NCBI GenBank assembly: GCA_043806635.1
Contig: JAZDGT010000044.1
Location: 36 to 64,035, forward strand
Direction of reading: 5' to 3'
Length of the DNA stretch: 64,000 bases
Source: Methanobacteriota archaeon
GTDB lineage: Archaea > Thermoplasmatota > E2 > DHVEG-1
The position numbers and the translations under genes are program-made. Below are positions 46,898-56,625 of this stretch, one piece after another; within the stretch, counting starts at the first letter, position 1; each line of letters starts with the position of its first letter. The notes under the pieces are model-generated. The model was not told where the DNA came from. It worked only from the letters and a program-made list of their open reading frames with translations, and searched no databases.

Positions 46898-49800
46898 ATG
46901 AAAAAAAGAGTAAAGAATATCCAAACTATATGGTCTATATTCCTTGTACTCTGCTTGTTTTCATCAACTCCGCTTTTTCACGCTATTCTCCTCACCACAG
47001 CAACACAACAACACGCAATGCTTTCCTATACCATCAGATTTTCTCAACCACAACTCACAGAAGTAACCATAGACGATAAAACATTCACTCAAATCGAAAT
47101 AAAAGACTGCCTCTCACAAAACGACCCAGGACACCCTGCACTTCCACTTCGTCCAATACAAATCCTTATCCCCGCAGGAAAGACCCCCACCGAGATAACT
47201 GTTTCATATCCTACCTACACAGATCTCTCCTCAGATATCGAAAAAAAACCGATCATCCCCCAACAAGACCTGATCACAACAAACACACCAGAAACCGATG
47301 AACCACTCATGATGAACACCAAGGTCTATAACTCAACAACCCCTATTTTTGAAAACCTCTATGAACAAAAAGAGATCGGGTACTGTCGAGGATACCAAAT
47401 ACTCAGCCTTATCCTTCATCCCATACAATATATCCCAGGTACCAATCAACTCTATTATTTTCCACAACTCGACATCACCATAGACCTTGCGGAAGATGAA
47501 CAAGACCAGACCCATACTCTTCTTCGTAATAGCCAGGAGGATACCAAGATCATTCAAAACCTCGTTATTAATCCAGATATAATCCAAAGCTATCAGACAG
47601 AACCAGAATACACGTTCTTAACAGTACCAAGCGGATTATGCAACCCCGAAGACACCTACGAATACGTAATTATCACCAATGACGCACTCAACGACACCAC
47701 TGGAGAAACCTATAACTGGTCAGATCTCCTCACCCATCGACATACGCTTAATGGTTATAATACCACGAAAATAACAACCGAAACCATTGATCAATGGCCT
47801 ACGTATTGGAACGAGACTGCGTTGTTTAATGATACCGCAGCCCATATCCGCGAGTTCATCAAAGACGCGTATCAAAACTGGGAGACACAATACGTGGTCC
47901 TTGGTGGGGATTGGGATACTGACACACCCGCAAACCAGATTGTACCCGCACGTATATTCACCGAGTATACCTCTTTTGAAAACAGTGATGACTACTACAC
48001 GATGCCCTGTGATCTCTACTATAGTCATCTCGATGGAGACTGGAGAGACATAGTGCATAACTGTTGGGGTGGCGGACGAAACAGCGGAGTGAACGACCCC
48101 TACGGAGAAGTCTACATCGGACGCATGACTGTTTGCACCGCAGAACAATTATCCAATTTTATTCAGAAAATCATCTGGTATGATCTCTTTGTTGACACAG
48201 TGTTTGTGAACAAAACCGTTTTCCTCGGTGGAAATCTTGGTTTCCAATCAACCTCTGCAGAATATATGGAAGAAGTCCGTAATGGAACCGACCCGAACTT
48301 CTATCAATGCATCGGATTTAAAGAATGGAACACCGACAACCCAGACACTACATTTAACATCTCAACCCGGAAATATTACGACTGGGGAGCAAGTATACCC
48401 AGCGACTATATCACGGTCATCAACAATAATAACGCGTGTCTCATCAACCATATCGGCCATGGATCACCCACGACCGCATTAGACATGTCAAATGCGCAAC
48501 TCAACTCGTTAGCCAATACAAAATATTTTTTTGCGCATTCGCAACAATGCCTTGCAGGGCGATTCACTGAAGGGGATACCACGGAAAAAACACTCACCTG
48601 CATGAATGCAAATAACGGTGCATTTGGGTTAATCTGGAACACCGGATATGGATGGGCGAGTTCCGTGAACACGAATGGACCAAACCAGTTTCTCCAAAGG
48701 AAATTCTGGCATTACCTCTTCAACACCTCCATGGAACACTGGCAGATCGGAGCAGCACACGCCTATGCGCAAGATGAAATGTCTGCGTATGTTGACATCC
48801 CCGGATGGCATTACGCATGGTGCTATAACTGGTACAGCTCCCACTTCTTTGGGGATCCTGCACAGACGTTGAAATCAATCGTCCCTGAAATCGTTCCTTG
48901 CTCATTGAGTAATGAAACCCCAACAAATGGGACAACGAATCTTTCAGTTGGAGATCACATAATCGGTATCTCGGTGTCTGATTACGAAGGAGATCTCATG
49001 AATATCACGTTTCTCACCAACGCTTCGGGTTCATGGGAGGACATCGGATTTAACAGTTCCCAATATAACGGTACCTACGCCCAAGACTATGATTTCTTGA
49101 ATTATAACACATCCTATTGGTGGAGTGTTCATGTCCACGACATCGCAGGAAACAGTGGATGGACGAATGAAACATATTCTTTGAGAACACGACCACTGCA
49201 TAGTGCGACTCCACCAGAGAACTTTATCGCAGTAACCTATAACAAAACACAGATAAATCTAACTTGGTCACTAGGAACCAACGCGACTCAAACATATATT
49301 GAACGAGCCACAACTCAACTTTGGAACCGAGGTACAGGATTACTCGTATACAACGATTCCGGAGAGTATTATGATGATCACGATCTCGTAACTGGTGTTA
49401 CGTATTATTATCAAGCATGGTGTTGGGATGAAGAAGACATGGTATGGAGCATAGAAAACGCTTCAACGAGTAACATAACGATAAACTGTGTACCAAGATT
49501 TTCGAATGAATCTCCACAAAACTACTCAGTAAATGAATCTCGTAACCCTGTTCTTTCTATTATGGTGTCCGACCTTGACGGGGACTCTGTAAATGTGTCG
49601 ATGTGGACAAATAGTTCAGGGCAATGGTCTAGTATGGGTTATAATATAAGCCTCATAAACAATAATTATCATCAGAATACAACACTCTTCAATAATTATT
49701 CAACAACGTACTGGTGGTCGGTGAACTGTACCGACGGTGAAAACTGGACGAATGCAACATACGTTTTTATGACACGAGCGAACCTCCCGCCACTTCTCTC

Positions 49801-50836
49801 AAATGAAACCCCCTCAAATGAATCAACCAATGTAGCTCGAAGTACATCATCACTCACTATTACCATAATCGATTCTGATGATGATCACATTAATTGGTCG
49901 ATCTGGACCAACCCAGATATCGGTAACAATTCTATGAGTAATGATACGAGTGGGAATAAAACGTGTACCATCACCGGTTTACAGTATGATACCACGTATT
50001 ACTGCTTTGTGAATGTAACTGATAATGGAAGCGGACAATGGACGAATTATTCATGGTGGTTCACCACCGAAGAAGAACCGTCTATACCTAGTGGTGGTAG
50101 TTATACTCCTCCACCACCGTCTCCTCCACCGAACACACCACCGAATAACCCAGTAACACCCCTGGGAACACAAACTGGATACCTGTACGTTAATTACACG
50201 TATTCGGCGAATACAACCGACCCTGAGAATCAGATGATTCAATACTTGTTTGACTGGGGGGATAACACTACCAGTAACTGGACGAACGCGGTTGAGTCGG
50301 GGGAAAGCGTTTCACTTTCACATTACTGGTCAGTAGAAGGAAGTTATCTGGTGCGGGTGAAAGCGAAAGATGTTGATGGGGCAGTCAGTGACTGGTCTGA
50401 CGTTTGTATGGTATTGATTCAGCATGTACCAGCAGCTCCTAAGGTGGAACCAAAACTCGTGATTCATATTCCTGATAATGTGTTTGCTCAACAAGTTATT
50501 GTGTTTACGGTTTCCATTGATGATTATGAGGAATCATTGGGAAATCTATCGTTTGTGTGGGAGTTTGGCGATGGGGGGATCGGGAATGAGATGCAATCTC
50601 TTCATTGGTATGCAGAACCTGGGGTTTACCAGGCTACAGTCACAATATATGATGGGGATGACCAACTTGGTTTAACGACTCATACAGTTGTTGTTTCTCC
50701 GAATGATTCTCTTGTTCCTATTCGGGAAAGTGACGAACGGGTGTTGGCGTTTTCATGGCCAATCCTGGTATTGTGTGGTGTGTGCGGAGTATTGATTTGT
50801 GTTCTTCTTTTATTTAAGAAAAGAAAAACTGTTTAG
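46898..50836 (+). CDS. Membrane-anchored gingipain-type cysteine peptidase (MEROPS C25-like) with Ig-like, FN3 and PKD domains
   Basis: Start at the ATG at 46898 (MKKRVKNIQ..., signal peptide). Catalytic region INHIGHGSPTT...(27 aa)...FFAHSQQCLAGRF aligns with the gingipain GHGS...ACVNGDF. His codon at 48458-48460, Cys codon at 48548-48550. Three Ig-like repeats ending (Y)WW(S)V...WTN.TY, two PKD-like domains and a C-terminal TM plus KKRK. Confidence 0.8.
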   Translation: MKKRVKNIQTIWSIFLVLCLFSSTPLFHAILLTTATQQHAMLSYTIRFSQPQLTEVTIDDKTFTQIEIKDCLSQNDPGHPALPLRPIQILIPAGKTPTEITVSYPTYTDLSSDIEKKPIIPQQDLITTNTPETDEPLMMNTKVYNSTTPIFENLYEQKEIGYCRGYQILSLILHPIQYIPGTNQLYYFPQLDITIDLAEDEQDQTHTLLRNSQEDTKIIQNLVINPDIIQSYQTEPEYTFLTVPSGLCNPEDTYEYVIITNDALNDTTGETYNWSDLLTHRHTLNGYNTTKITTETIDQWPTYWNETALFNDTAAHIREFIKDAYQNWETQYVVLGGDWDTDTPANQIVPARIFTEYTSFENSDDYYTMPCDLYYSHLDGDWRDIVHNCWGGGRNSGVNDPYGEVYIGRMTVCTAEQLSNFIQKIIWYDLFVDTVFVNKTVFLGGNLGFQSTSAEYMEEVRNGTDPNFYQCIGFKEWNTDNPDTTFNISTRKYYDWGASIPSDYITVINNNNACLINHIGHGSPTTALDMSNAQLNSLANTKYFFAHSQQCLAGRFTEGDTTEKTLTCMNANNGAFGLIWNTGYGWASSVNTNGPNQFLQRKFWHYLFNTSMEHWQIGAAHAYAQDEMSAYVDIPGWHYAWCYNWYSSHFFGDPAQTLKSIVPEIVPCSLSNETPTNGTTNLSVGDHIIGISVSDYEGDLMNITFLTNASGSWEDIGFNSSQYNGTYAQDYDFLNYNTSYWWSVHVHDIAGNSGWTNETYSLRTRPLHSATPPENFIAVTYNKTQINLTWSLGTNATQTYIERATTQLWNRGTGLLVYNDSGEYYDDHDLVTGVTYYYQAWCWDEEDMVWSIENASTSNITINCVPRFSNESPQNYSVNESRNPVLSIMVSDLDGDSVNVSMWTNSSGQWSSMGYNISLINNNYHQNTTLFNNYSTTYWWSVNCTDGENWTNATYVFMTRANLPPLLSNETPSNESTNVARSTSSLTITIIDSDDDHINWSIWTNPDIGNNSMSNDTSGNKTCTITGLQYDTTYYCFVNVTDNGSGQWTNYSWWFTTEEEPSIPSGGSYTPPPPSPPPNTPPNNPVTPLGTQTGYLYVNYTYSANTTDPENQMIQYLFDWGDNTTSNWTNAVESGESVSLSHYWSVEGSYLVRVKAKDVDGAVSDWSDVCMVLIQHVPAAPKVEPKLVIHIPDNVFAQQVIVFTVSIDDYEESLGNLSFVWEFGDGGIGNEMQSLHWYAEPGVYQATVTIYDGDDQLGLTTHTVVVSPNDSLVPIRESDERVLAFSWPILVLCGVCGVLICVLLLFKKRKTV

Positions 50837-50865
50837 TTAGAATGGGATAAGTCAAGGGTGGAGTT

Positions 50866-50876
50866 AAAAAAAAAAA
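50866..50876 (-). terminator. T11 tract downstream of the LarA-like gene
   Basis: Plus-strand A11 at 50866-50876, 21 nt after the stop at 50897. Confidence 0.35.
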
Positions 50877-50896
50877 TTTGTGTTTGATTGTATATT

Positions 50897-52156
50897 TTAT
50901 TGTTTTTTGGTTATGAGGGTGGTGCATCCTTGTGGTATGACTCGGATTCGTGCGTCTTTTCCTTTTAATGAGATTGTGTTCTCTAATGCTTCCTGCGGGG
51001 TTTGTGCAGGGGTAACATGGTAGATGGTTTCGACTTCTTTTTTGTCTAAGGATGATACTAAAAATATGGGATGATGTTCAACAGCATCATAATGGTAATA
51101 TGCTCGATGTGCACCGAGAACGAATTCTTTCTGTAACGCGGATTTGATCTCCGTGGCTGTGTGGTGGGTATGCATCCATTCATCGAAAATCTGGTTCCCT
51201 ACACCCTGGATACATTCTGCGATGAACACAATTACTCCTTGTTTTTTCATGAGTGGTAGTGTCATTTGTAACGCCTTATGCGCGTGGTATAGGTCGATAT
51301 CGTGGGGGTACCCTCCTGCGGAAACTATAGCGATATCTGCAGGCTCGGTGACCTCTTTTTTGTACATGGAATCTACGAGTTTTGCTCCCACGTCAAGGAC
51401 TGCCTCTGGTTTTCCTGTCCACGCACCGACAATGCGATGAAACGAATTCAGGACGACGTTGAACGCGAAATCACACCCCGCGAAATGCATCGCCTCGTTC
51501 ATCTCATGATGAATCGGGTTGTCCTTGAGGACACCAGCGTGTGCGTTCGCTTCAAACATGAGTTTATGGTTTCGTTGAATCGTTTTGAATGAGGCGATCC
51601 CGGGGAGGATGCTTTTTCTGGTTCCACTATATCCTGCAAAAGGATGGTATCCGATATCTCCAAGAAGAATTTTGATATCCGCATCAATATACGTTCGGAG
51701 TACCTCAACAGTGTTCCCTCGTTTCGTCGTTCCTACAGCGACATGATCACCCTGATACGCATCATTAGAAAGAACCTGATAGGTTCGCGCGATCCGCTCA
51801 CCAACAATATCTTTGATTTGTTCAGACGTTGGTGGTGTATGAGACCCACACCCGACTATGATCAACACATCCGTATCATCAACATCAGCGGTTCGAAGAA
51901 GATCAAGAACAGGAGGAAGCATCTGCTGCGTTGGACACGGGCGCGTGTAATCGTCAACAACGATCGCCACCTGATCACCAGGTTTTGCGATATCCTCCAG
52001 ACGATCAGAACCAAGTGGATCACGTAATGCGCCATGGATGAGTGACTCCATACGCTCTGGTTGTATTATCTCCTTTGGAAGAACGACATCAAGGATGTTT
52101 TGATCAGGAATTTCGACAGGTAAAAAGATTTTTCCATACGGTAATTGAATGTGCAT
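50897..52156 (-). CDS. LarA-like (DUF2088) nickel-pincer-dependent racemase family protein
   Basis: Start at the ATG at 52156 (MHIQLPYGK). IVVDDYTRPCP and IVGCGSHTPPT motifs resemble the LarA N-terminal domain. Confidence 0.7.
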   Translation of the reverse strand: MHIQLPYGKIFLPVEIPDQNILDVVLPKEIIQPERMESLIHGALRDPLGSDRLEDIAKPGDQVAIVVDDYTRPCPTQQMLPPVLDLLRTADVDDTDVLIIVGCGSHTPPTSEQIKDIVGERIARTYQVLSNDAYQGDHVAVGTTKRGNTVEVLRTYIDADIKILLGDIGYHPFAGYSGTRKSILPGIASFKTIQRNHKLMFEANAHAGVLKDNPIHHEMNEAMHFAGCDFAFNVVLNSFHRIVGAWTGKPEAVLDVGAKLVDSMYKKEVTEPADIAIVSAGGYPHDIDLYHAHKALQMTLPLMKKQGVIVFIAECIQGVGNQIFDEWMHTHHTATEIKSALQKEFVLGAHRAYYHYDAVEHHPIFLVSSLDKKEVETIYHVTPAQTPQEALENTISLKGKDARIRVIPQGCTTLITKKQ

Positions 52157-52177
52157 TGTTCCCCATCTATGCAAGCA

Positions 52178-52360
52178 TCATTCTTTTGACGCGTGTTTTG
52201 TCCATCTCACTTTTCGAGGTATCCTTTTTAATTGTAACATGTTCTTTTGGCATTTATTCTTACAAAAATAGAGGACGGTTCCGTCTTTCCGTATATACAT
52301 TTTCCCAGTCCCCGGCTCGATTTCGTTCCCACAAAATGTACACGTCCTTCTTTCGACCAT
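52178..52360 (-). CDS. rpl24e: 50S ribosomal protein L24e
   Basis: Start at the ATG at 52360 ([37 protein letters not shown]). Confidence 0.9.
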   Translation of the reverse strand: MVERRTCTFCGNEIEPGTGKMYIRKDGTVLYFCKNKCQKNMLQLKRIPRKVRWTKHASKE

Positions 52361-52376
52361 ACCGGTATCCCTCTCT

Positions 52377-52586
52377 CTATCGCGCTCCACCTAGTTTTTT
52401 TGCTTCTCGTTGTGTCTCTAAAAGCATGAGGATATCACCAAGGCGAACAGGTCCGATTACATTTCGTGTGATGATTTTTCCTTTATCGCGACCATCTAAC
52501 ACACGGACTTTCACTTGAGATGCCTCACCAGCCATCCCAGTGCGTTCAAGGACTTCAACAACCTCACAAGGAATTCCTTCAATCAT
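52377..52586 (-). CDS. rps28e: 30S ribosomal protein S28e
   Basis: 69 aa. [43 protein letters not shown]. Confidence 0.93.
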   Translation of the reverse strand: MIEGIPCEVVEVLERTGMAGEASQVKVRVLDGRDKGKIITRNVIGPVRLGDILMLLETQREAKKLGGAR

Positions 52587-52590
52587 GTAG

Positions 52591-52962
52591 TTAACCCTGT
52601 TTTTTTACGGTCTCGAGTTTTTTCACCAGATTATCGATTCCTTCTTTGTCTTTTCCAGGATTGACGATAGCGATAGCTGATGTTCCAACGGTTAACCCTG
52701 CGGCACTCCCCAGTTGTTCTTTACTTGGAACATAAGTGTAAGGAATGTTTTTTTCTTCACAGAGAATCGGCATGTGAGCCAATATTTCCTCAGGAGTAAC
52801 ATCTTCAGCCATGACCACGAGTTTTGCTTGTCCTCGTTCTACTTGTTTGGTTGCCTCGTTTGTTCCTTTGCTTATTTTCCCGTTGTCTCGAGCTTTTTCT
52901 ACCAATTCATAGGCTAAATCTTGTAGTTCTTTTGTTGTTTGAAATCGTACATACATCGGCAT
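52591..52962 (-). CDS. rpl7ae: 50S ribosomal protein L7Ae (K-turn binding)
   Basis: 123 aa. [44 protein letters not shown]. Confidence 0.93.
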   Translation of the reverse strand: MPMYVRFQTTKELQDLAYELVEKARDNGKISKGTNEATKQVERGQAKLVVMAEDVTPEEILAHMPILCEEKNIPYTYVPSKEQLGSAAGLTVGTSAIAIVNPGKDKEGIDNLVKKLETVKKQG

Positions 52963-53081
52963 TTATTCTTAGCCTCCTGTGGCATTTATTATTCCTTCTT
53001 TTCGGATAAGGAATGTAGAAGGTGGAATAGAGGCCATCTATAAAAAGGTTTTTAGAGTAAAAACTATTGTGCGGTCCTCGC

Positions 53082-54113
53082 ATGATCGCAGTAACGTATC
53101 ATGATGATTATAATAAATATGATCTTGGTACTGATCATCCACTTATTAGGGATAAGCCGCGTAAAACAATGGAATTTTTAGAAAAAAAAAATATTATAAG
53201 ACAATGCACGGTTATTACTCCGGAGAAAGCGACAGAAACTGATCTTCTACGAGCCCATGACCTACAATATGTTACTCATGTGAAACAACTGAGTATGACT
53301 GGTGGATGGCTATCACAAGATACTCCTGCACCGAAAGGTATCTACGAGTATGCATGTCTTTCAACAGGCGGAAGTATACAAGCGGGGGAACAACTGTTTA
53401 AAAAGTTTGTATGTGCGGTGAATCCTTTGGGTGGTTTTCATCATGCAAGTAGTGCTCATTCCTCTGGGTTTTGTTTTTTTAATGATATCGCAGTCACTAT
53501 CGAGTATCTCCGAGAAAAATATAAGGTTAAACGTTTCGAAATCATCGATTTAGATGTGCATCATGGAAACGGGACACAGGATATCTATTATAGTGACCCA
53601 ACGGTTCTGAATATCTCGTTTCATCAGGATGGGAGAACCTTGTATCCTGGGACTGGATCACTCGAATCGATAGGGCGGGATGAAGGTGAAGGGTTCACGG
53701 TGAACCTCCCATTTCCACCAGGTACCAGTGGAATATGTTATCGAAAAGCATTCGATGAAATCGTCCCATGGCTAACGAGAGAGTTCAAACCAGAACTCAT
53801 TGTATACCAGGCTGGTGTTGATACGCACCATACTGATCCGCTTGCCGATTTAAAACTTGTATACCAAGACTATTATGATTTAGCGAAGCGAGTCACAGGT
53901 CTCTCTCAGGAAACGTCTCGGAAATTGCTCGTGTTATTGGGTGGCGGGTACAACAGTGATTCATGTCTTCGCTCTTATTATAATATATTTTGTGCCTTAA
54001 TAGGAAGAGAAGACATCGAAAAAGAACCTGCTATAGAAGATCCAAATGTTAAACAAGTGGAGTTGCTTGTGAATGATCTAAAAAAGTTATTACATAGTTA
54101 TTGGAAACCCTGA
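53082..54113 (+). CDS. Histone deacetylase family / AcuC-like deacetylase
   Basis: Start at the ATG at 53082. GGFHHA and DLDVHHGNGTQ motifs. Confidence 0.85.
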   Translation: MIAVTYHDDYNKYDLGTDHPLIRDKPRKTMEFLEKKNIIRQCTVITPEKATETDLLRAHDLQYVTHVKQLSMTGGWLSQDTPAPKGIYEYACLSTGGSIQAGEQLFKKFVCAVNPLGGFHHASSAHSSGFCFFNDIAVTIEYLREKYKVKRFEIIDLDVHHGNGTQDIYYSDPTVLNISFHQDGRTLYPGTGSLESIGRDEGEGFTVNLPFPPGTSGICYRKAFDEIVPWLTREFKPELIVYQAGVDTHHTDPLADLKLVYQDYYDLAKRVTGLSQETSRKLLVLLGGGYNSDSCLRSYYNIFCALIGREDIEKEPAIEDPNVKQVELLVNDLKKLLHSYWKP

Positions 54114-54265
54114 GTCTATTTTTATTATTCTTTTTTTTATATAAATATTGTCGATAACCTTATGTAATCTTTCACAATACCGGTTCTATTCAGATTTATC
54201 ATCTAATGTATGTACGAAACAAAGTAGAAAAACGGTATCCTCAAAAAAACCATAATAAGGATATT

Positions 54266-55378
54266 TTATAGAAGTGTTCGCTCTACTTCCAATCGATCCG
54301 CAGTAGGATACTCCTCCACCAGATAACACAGGTAACCTTGTCTCTTCAGTTTTTCCGCGAGTTTTTCAAGAAACCATCCACCAATAGTGATCCGTTTCCG
54401 TTTACCATCAAAAAATAGGTATCGAGCAGGGATTTTTTCCTCTTTTTTCAAAGTGAGAAATAATTTTTGTAACATGCTGAACTGAGTGTGAAGAATTTCT
54501 CCTCTGATGAGAGTACCATCATCACTAATCACCTCATACGGTTGCGCGATGTTTATTGCTCGTCGTCTGATTCGATTTCTGAGCTGTACTCCATCTTTAA
54601 ACGAGACCGAACAATAGTGAACACCGATATCATAGTTTTTTTGTTTAATGTCCTGCAACACATGTAGTGCTGTCTTTTGACTACCTCGTACTGCTGCAGA
54701 AATCTCATTTTTCATGGTATATCCGCGGGTGATGAATACATCACAGTTCCGTTCAGAAAACTCAAGTTCATTAAGATTAACCCATTGGATACCCTGTGTT
54801 TCAGCCCAGGTGATGAGAGCAAGTATTTCTTTTTCTTTTGTTGGAATAACTGGGATTTCTATGGCGACATCAGCTGAGGTCTGAAGCACGTGTTGTATTG
54901 CGTTCGTTATTGGATTTCTATTCATCTTCGTCCAATATGTTGGTAATGGATGGAATCTAATTTCATCAAGACCTGCATTGATGAGGTCAATGATATGATC
55001 TGATTGTTCTAGTCCTGAGGTGTAGAGATGGATATGGAATTGTGAACCAAAAACATCTTTCAATAAGGTGATATAGGTTTGTACTCGTCTCCAAACAAGG
55101 AGTGGATCTCCACCAGTAATACCCGCACCGGTTGCATCGATGTATTGTGCTTCTTGGATGAGTTTCTGTGTATCTTCTTCGTTTTCGAGTTCCCATTCAT
55201 CAGCATAGATTCTATCGGTTCCGGCTTTCTTAAAACTTAGTGGACAATAATAACAATGGGTTGAACATAATCCTGTGACGAGTATCACCATTTTTGATCC
55301 TTTAGCACACATGCGACATGCGGGGGACAATGGTGCAATGTATGAGCTTTCATGTAACCAGGGGATGATCTTTTTCAT
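54266..55378 (-). CDS. Radical SAM protein (PFL-activase-related, uncharacterised archaeal group)
   Basis: CxxxCxxC cluster motif GLCSTHCYYCPLS, and GITGGDPLL. Confidence 0.8.
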   Translation of the reverse strand: MKKIIPWLHESSYIAPLSPACRMCAKGSKMVILVTGLCSTHCYYCPLSFKKAGTDRIYADEWELENEEDTQKLIQEAQYIDATGAGITGGDPLLVWRRVQTYITLLKDVFGSQFHIHLYTSGLEQSDHIIDLINAGLDEIRFHPLPTYWTKMNRNPITNAIQHVLQTSADVAIEIPVIPTKEKEILALITWAETQGIQWVNLNELEFSERNCDVFITRGYTMKNEISAAVRGSQKTALHVLQDIKQKNYDIGVHYCSVSFKDGVQLRNRIRRRAINIAQPYEVISDDGTLIRGEILHTQFSMLQKLFLTLKKEEKIPARYLFFDGKRKRITIGGWFLEKLAEKLKRQGYLCYLVEEYPTADRLEVERTLL

Positions 55379-55427
55379 GGAAGTCAGTCTAGTACGGTAT
55401 CAGTGTTTAAAATACCTATCTCCATAA

Positions 55428-56034
55428 GTAATTTATAATCCCCAATCTTACCTAGAATCCGATGAATCAGCAACAAATAAAAAAAAAATCATTGAGACGA
55501 AGAAGATACAATGGATCCAGATTCATTTTACTGATTTGATGGGTGTCCTTCGAGTATTTCGTGTTCCTGCAGAGCGGTTTTTGAAGGATGATTTGTTGAA
55601 AAAGGGTTCACGTTTTGATGGATCCTCAATCGGGTTCAGGAAAGTTGAGAAATCAGATATGATTGCGTTACCTGATCCTGATACGTTTCTTCCGTTACCT
55701 CATATGCCTGGTGAGGCGTTGATCCGGGCGAATTTATATGATGTTGATATGAATCCGTATCGTGCAGGTCTTGATAGTATTAAGAAAAAAATTTCCTATG
55801 ATCCTATCATGAAGAATATTTATAAGATGACGGATGAAGATATTAAACAGCATGGTATCAAACGGTTACCGACGAATCTTATGGAGGCGTTGGAGGAGTT
55901 TAAACAGGATACGGTGCTTATGGATGCTATCGGGAAAGATGGAGCGGAGTTGTTTATTCAGAATAAAACGTGAGTGGCATCGGTACATGGGAGAGATTAC
56001 AGATCTAGATTATGAGTTTTATTTCCACTGTTAA
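55428..56034 (+). pseudogene. glnA: Glutamine synthetase (glnA) remnant: N-terminal beta-grasp domain fused to the C-terminal tail, catalytic core missing, no ATG, terminal frameshift
   Basis: The open frame from 55428 reads ...IIETKKIQWIQIHFTDLMGVLRVFRVPAERF...RFDGSSIGF..SDMIALPDPDTF (GS N-domain) and then jumps to ...IKRLPTNLMEALEEFKQD. The GS C-terminal KREWHRYMGEITDLDYEFY continues in another frame (ORF 55834..56034), with the shift near 55965-55971. Confidence 0.6.
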
Positions 56035-56113
56035 CGACTAATAAAGTTTGTATAAGTAGAGATTTTATATAGAAGAAATCGGTTTCCGTTACTGAAAGTA
56101 ATTGGGAGGTTAG

Positions 56114-56614
56114 GTGAGTATGGAAGAAAGTAAGGAAGAAAACTCTTGTTGTGCTGAGGAGCATTCGACGCAGGGTCTTGGATGGAGAGTTTCGTTATCG
56201 ATTATCGTGGGTGTAGCCTGGCTTGTTTTCCTTCTAGTCTGGTTCTTTTTCTATGCGGGTATGTATAATTGGGAGAAGAATGTCGCCATTGTATTGTTCT
56301 CGCTTTTGGTGATTGTGGGAATCTTAGGGATTCCGTGGTCGATTTGGGGTTTACGACATCGAACTGAGGAAGAACAAAAGATGTGGAAGACTCACGGGTT
56401 TTCTTGGAGGGTGTGGGTGTCCGGATTTTTTGTAGTCGCAGTGTTTGTTTTTCTTATTTATTGGTTCTGGTATCTTGCTCAACCATATCTATGGTATCAT
56501 AATCTAATAATTTTTGTAGTAGCGTTCTTGATTATTGGGGGAATCCTTGGTGCTATGTGGGCACCCTGGGGAATAAAATACGGTCATCATAATAAGGAGA
56601 AAAAGAAGGAATAA
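56114..56614 (+). CDS. Hypothetical 4-TM membrane protein
   Basis: 166 aa. Four Trp-rich hydrophobic helices and a basic C-terminus. Confidence 0.5.
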   Translation: MSMEESKEENSCCAEEHSTQGLGWRVSLSIIVGVAWLVFLLVWFFFYAGMYNWEKNVAIVLFSLLVIVGILGIPWSIWGLRHRTEEEQKMWKTHGFSWRVWVSGFFVVAVFVFLIYWFWYLAQPYLWYHNLIIFVVAFLIIGGILGAMWAPWGIKYGHHNKEKKKE

Positions 56615-56625
56615 AAAAAAAATGG

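Noticed and set aside
50897-52156. LarA-like gene as part of a lactate racemase system
   Set aside because: No larB, larC or larE cofactor-synthesis genes occur in the window. Only the family assignment is kept, with no specific function claimed.
52042-52518. 158-aa plus-strand ORF across the L24e/S28e region
   Set aside because: It lies antisense to two highly conserved ribosomal protein genes.
55834-56034. Stand-alone 66-aa ORF
   Set aside because: Its C-terminal half is the frameshifted continuation of the glutamine synthetase remnant, so it is folded into the pseudogene call.
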